Source: a candidate division WOR-3 bacterium (GTDB taxonomy: Bacteria; Hydrothermota; UBA3073; NMUJ01). Taken from it: 64,000 nucleotides of DNA. The stretch is taken from assembly GCA_021158725.1 (NCBI GenBank), contig JAGGUB010000044.1:3722-67721 (forward strand), written 5' to 3'. Both the position numbers and the translations under genes were made by a program. Shown one piece after another: positions 62,976-64,000 of the stretch (its first letter is position 1; each line of letters begins with the position of its first letter). The notes beneath the pieces are model-generated. The model was not told the DNA's origin, did no database searches, and worked only from the letters and a program-made list of their open reading frames with translations.

Positions 62976-64000
62976 TCATCGTTTCACGTATGTGCCACGG
63001 ATTGGATCTTTTGCCAGCTCCACACGGTTATCGGTGATCTCCGTAAAACTCACATCGTGGCTGATAAGGAATAGCTGGTCGTAGGGTTTGTCACCACCTT
63101 CCTCAAGACGTTTGAACACCTCAACAAGGTTTTCACGATGTTCGGTGTCGAGGTTAGATGTAGGTTCGTCAAAGAACGCTATCCTTGTACCACATACCTT
63201 AAGTAATGCCAACCTCAGTGCTATCACGGCAGTCATGAACTCACCCCCTGATAGGTTCATATCTTCACGTACACGTCGTACACCGTTAACGTAATCGACT
63301 AACCTTATCGAGTATCCTTCACCCCATTCCAGCTCCTCATCTGTATCGCTGATCGCCTGGTAGATGCGGTTGGCTTCGATGCTTATACGGGTACGTAGTT
63401 TCTGTGATAGACGTTCGCCTATCTTGTTGAATATGCGGTCCCTTATGAATTGCAACAACTCAAGGGTATGATGCCACTCATCTCTTTCGGATTTGAGCTG
63501 TTCCAGCTTCGTCTTCTTAGATTCAAGGTTGATGATGTCAGCTTCCAATGATCTCAGGTTACTTTCGTAGATCTCGAGCTCACGTTCATAAGCTTTATGG
63601 TCGGCTTTCAATCTCTCCAGCTGTGTGCGTTTCTCGCTATGTTTTACCTCATCGTACCGACGCTTCATAGCTTCAAGTTGTTCAGTATATGCCTCTATCC
63701 TGGCTTTAACCTCAGATAGCTGGTGTTCAAGCTCACCGATATGTGCATTAACTTCACTTTCGCGGTCGACAAATTTCGTCAACTTCATGTACTCCTCGAA
63801 GCTGGGTTTCAGTTTTTCGCTTTCTTCTGTTATCTCATGTAACCTCTTCTGCAGTTTGTCAAACTCACTCAACTTATTGGCTAACTCGTTACGCTCTTTA
63901 TTGATTAAGTTGAGTTTAAGCTGTAGCTCATCGATCCTTTGCTCAACCTGTGAAAGCATATCATGTTTCGTATGGAGTTCAGCCAGTAGTTTATCCCTAC
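62976..64000 (-). CDS. Rad50/SbcC-type SMC-like ATPase, C-terminal part (N-terminus beyond the right edge)
   Basis: The frame is open to the window edge (codons before the track's Met read ...RDKLLAELHTKHD). Long coiled-coil, then signature LSGGEFMTAVIALRLAL, Walker B IAFFDEPTSNLD, H-loop LISHD. Confidence 0.8.
   Translation of the reverse strand, partial: RDKLLAELHTKHDMLSQVEQRIDELQLKLNLINKERNELANKLSEFDKLQKRLHEITEESEKLKPSFEEYMKLTKFVDRESEVNAHIGELEHQLSEVKARIEAYTEQLEAMKRRYDEVKHSEKRTQLERLKADHKAYERELEIYESNLRSLEADIINLESKKTKLEQLKSERDEWHHTLELLQFIRDRIFNKIGERLSQKLRTRISIEANRIYQAISDTDEELEWGEGYSIRLVDYVNGVRRVREDMNLSGGEFMTAVIALRLALLKVCGTRIAFFDEPTSNLDTEHRENLVEVFKRLEEGGDKPYDQLFLISHDVSFTEITDNRVELAKDPIRGTYVKR

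Noticed and set aside
1-64000. CRISPR arrays, transposons/IS elements, integrases, prophage or a genomic island at the tRNA genes
   Set aside because: By eye I saw no regularly spaced direct repeats, no terminal inverted repeats and no recombinase-like ORFs. The genes flanking the tRNAs are core or envelope genes in tight operons, and no duplicated tRNA 3' half (att site) is visible.

Overview
All calls were made by eye from the sequence and the supplied ORF track. No searches were run, and family names come from recalled motifs. The window is extremely gene-dense: I call 54 CDS (two run off the window edges) and 4 tRNAs, which leaves about 1.1 kb of 64 kb intergenic. Many start/stop overlaps (ATGA, TAATG, GTGA, TAG-GAGG) indicate long operons. 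I see no rRNA, CRISPR array, transposase, integrase or prophage signature. Housekeeping genes (serS, mutL, acpP-fabF, purC, purD, ahcY, coaX, gcvPB, a leuC-like gene, mcsA/mcsB, radical-SAM and others) are interleaved with envelope and surface loci typical of a diderm that sorts surface proteins by type-IX-secretion-style C-terminal domains (CTDs). These loci include four CTD-bearing proteins, three paralogous PorV/FadL-like barrels, a C25 (gingipain/PorU-like) peptidase and a TonB-dependent receptor. Nearly every gene has a strong GGAGG/GGGGG Shine-Dalgarno site, which argues against Bacteroidota proper. An uncultivated FCB-like lineage is my inference only. The best candidate for an undescribed system is a six-gene, translationally coupled operon at 40420-47926. 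It encodes a CTD-anchored protein with two OB-fold-like modules of the kind seen at the N-terminus of extracellular nucleases, a PorV-like barrel, a protein with two ComEA-like helix-hairpin-helix domains fused to a large beta-barrel-like region, a second barrel, a secreted single-HKD Nuc-like nuclease, and a membrane-anchored 5'-nucleotidase-fold protein in which every metal ligand is substituted. I read this as an outer-membrane extracellular-DNA capture/processing (or uptake) apparatus. Secondary items are listed below.
- A TonB-receptor-led operon that mixes import and T9SS-type export parts.
- Recurrent pairs of a surface-protein gene followed by a PorV-like gene.
- A tandem of an active and an inactive transglutaminase-like protein.
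- A PlsY fused to a CTP-transferase-like domain.
- A 198-aa OB-less ATP-dependent ligase.
- A Thr-Tyr-Gly tRNA block that reads straight into mutL.
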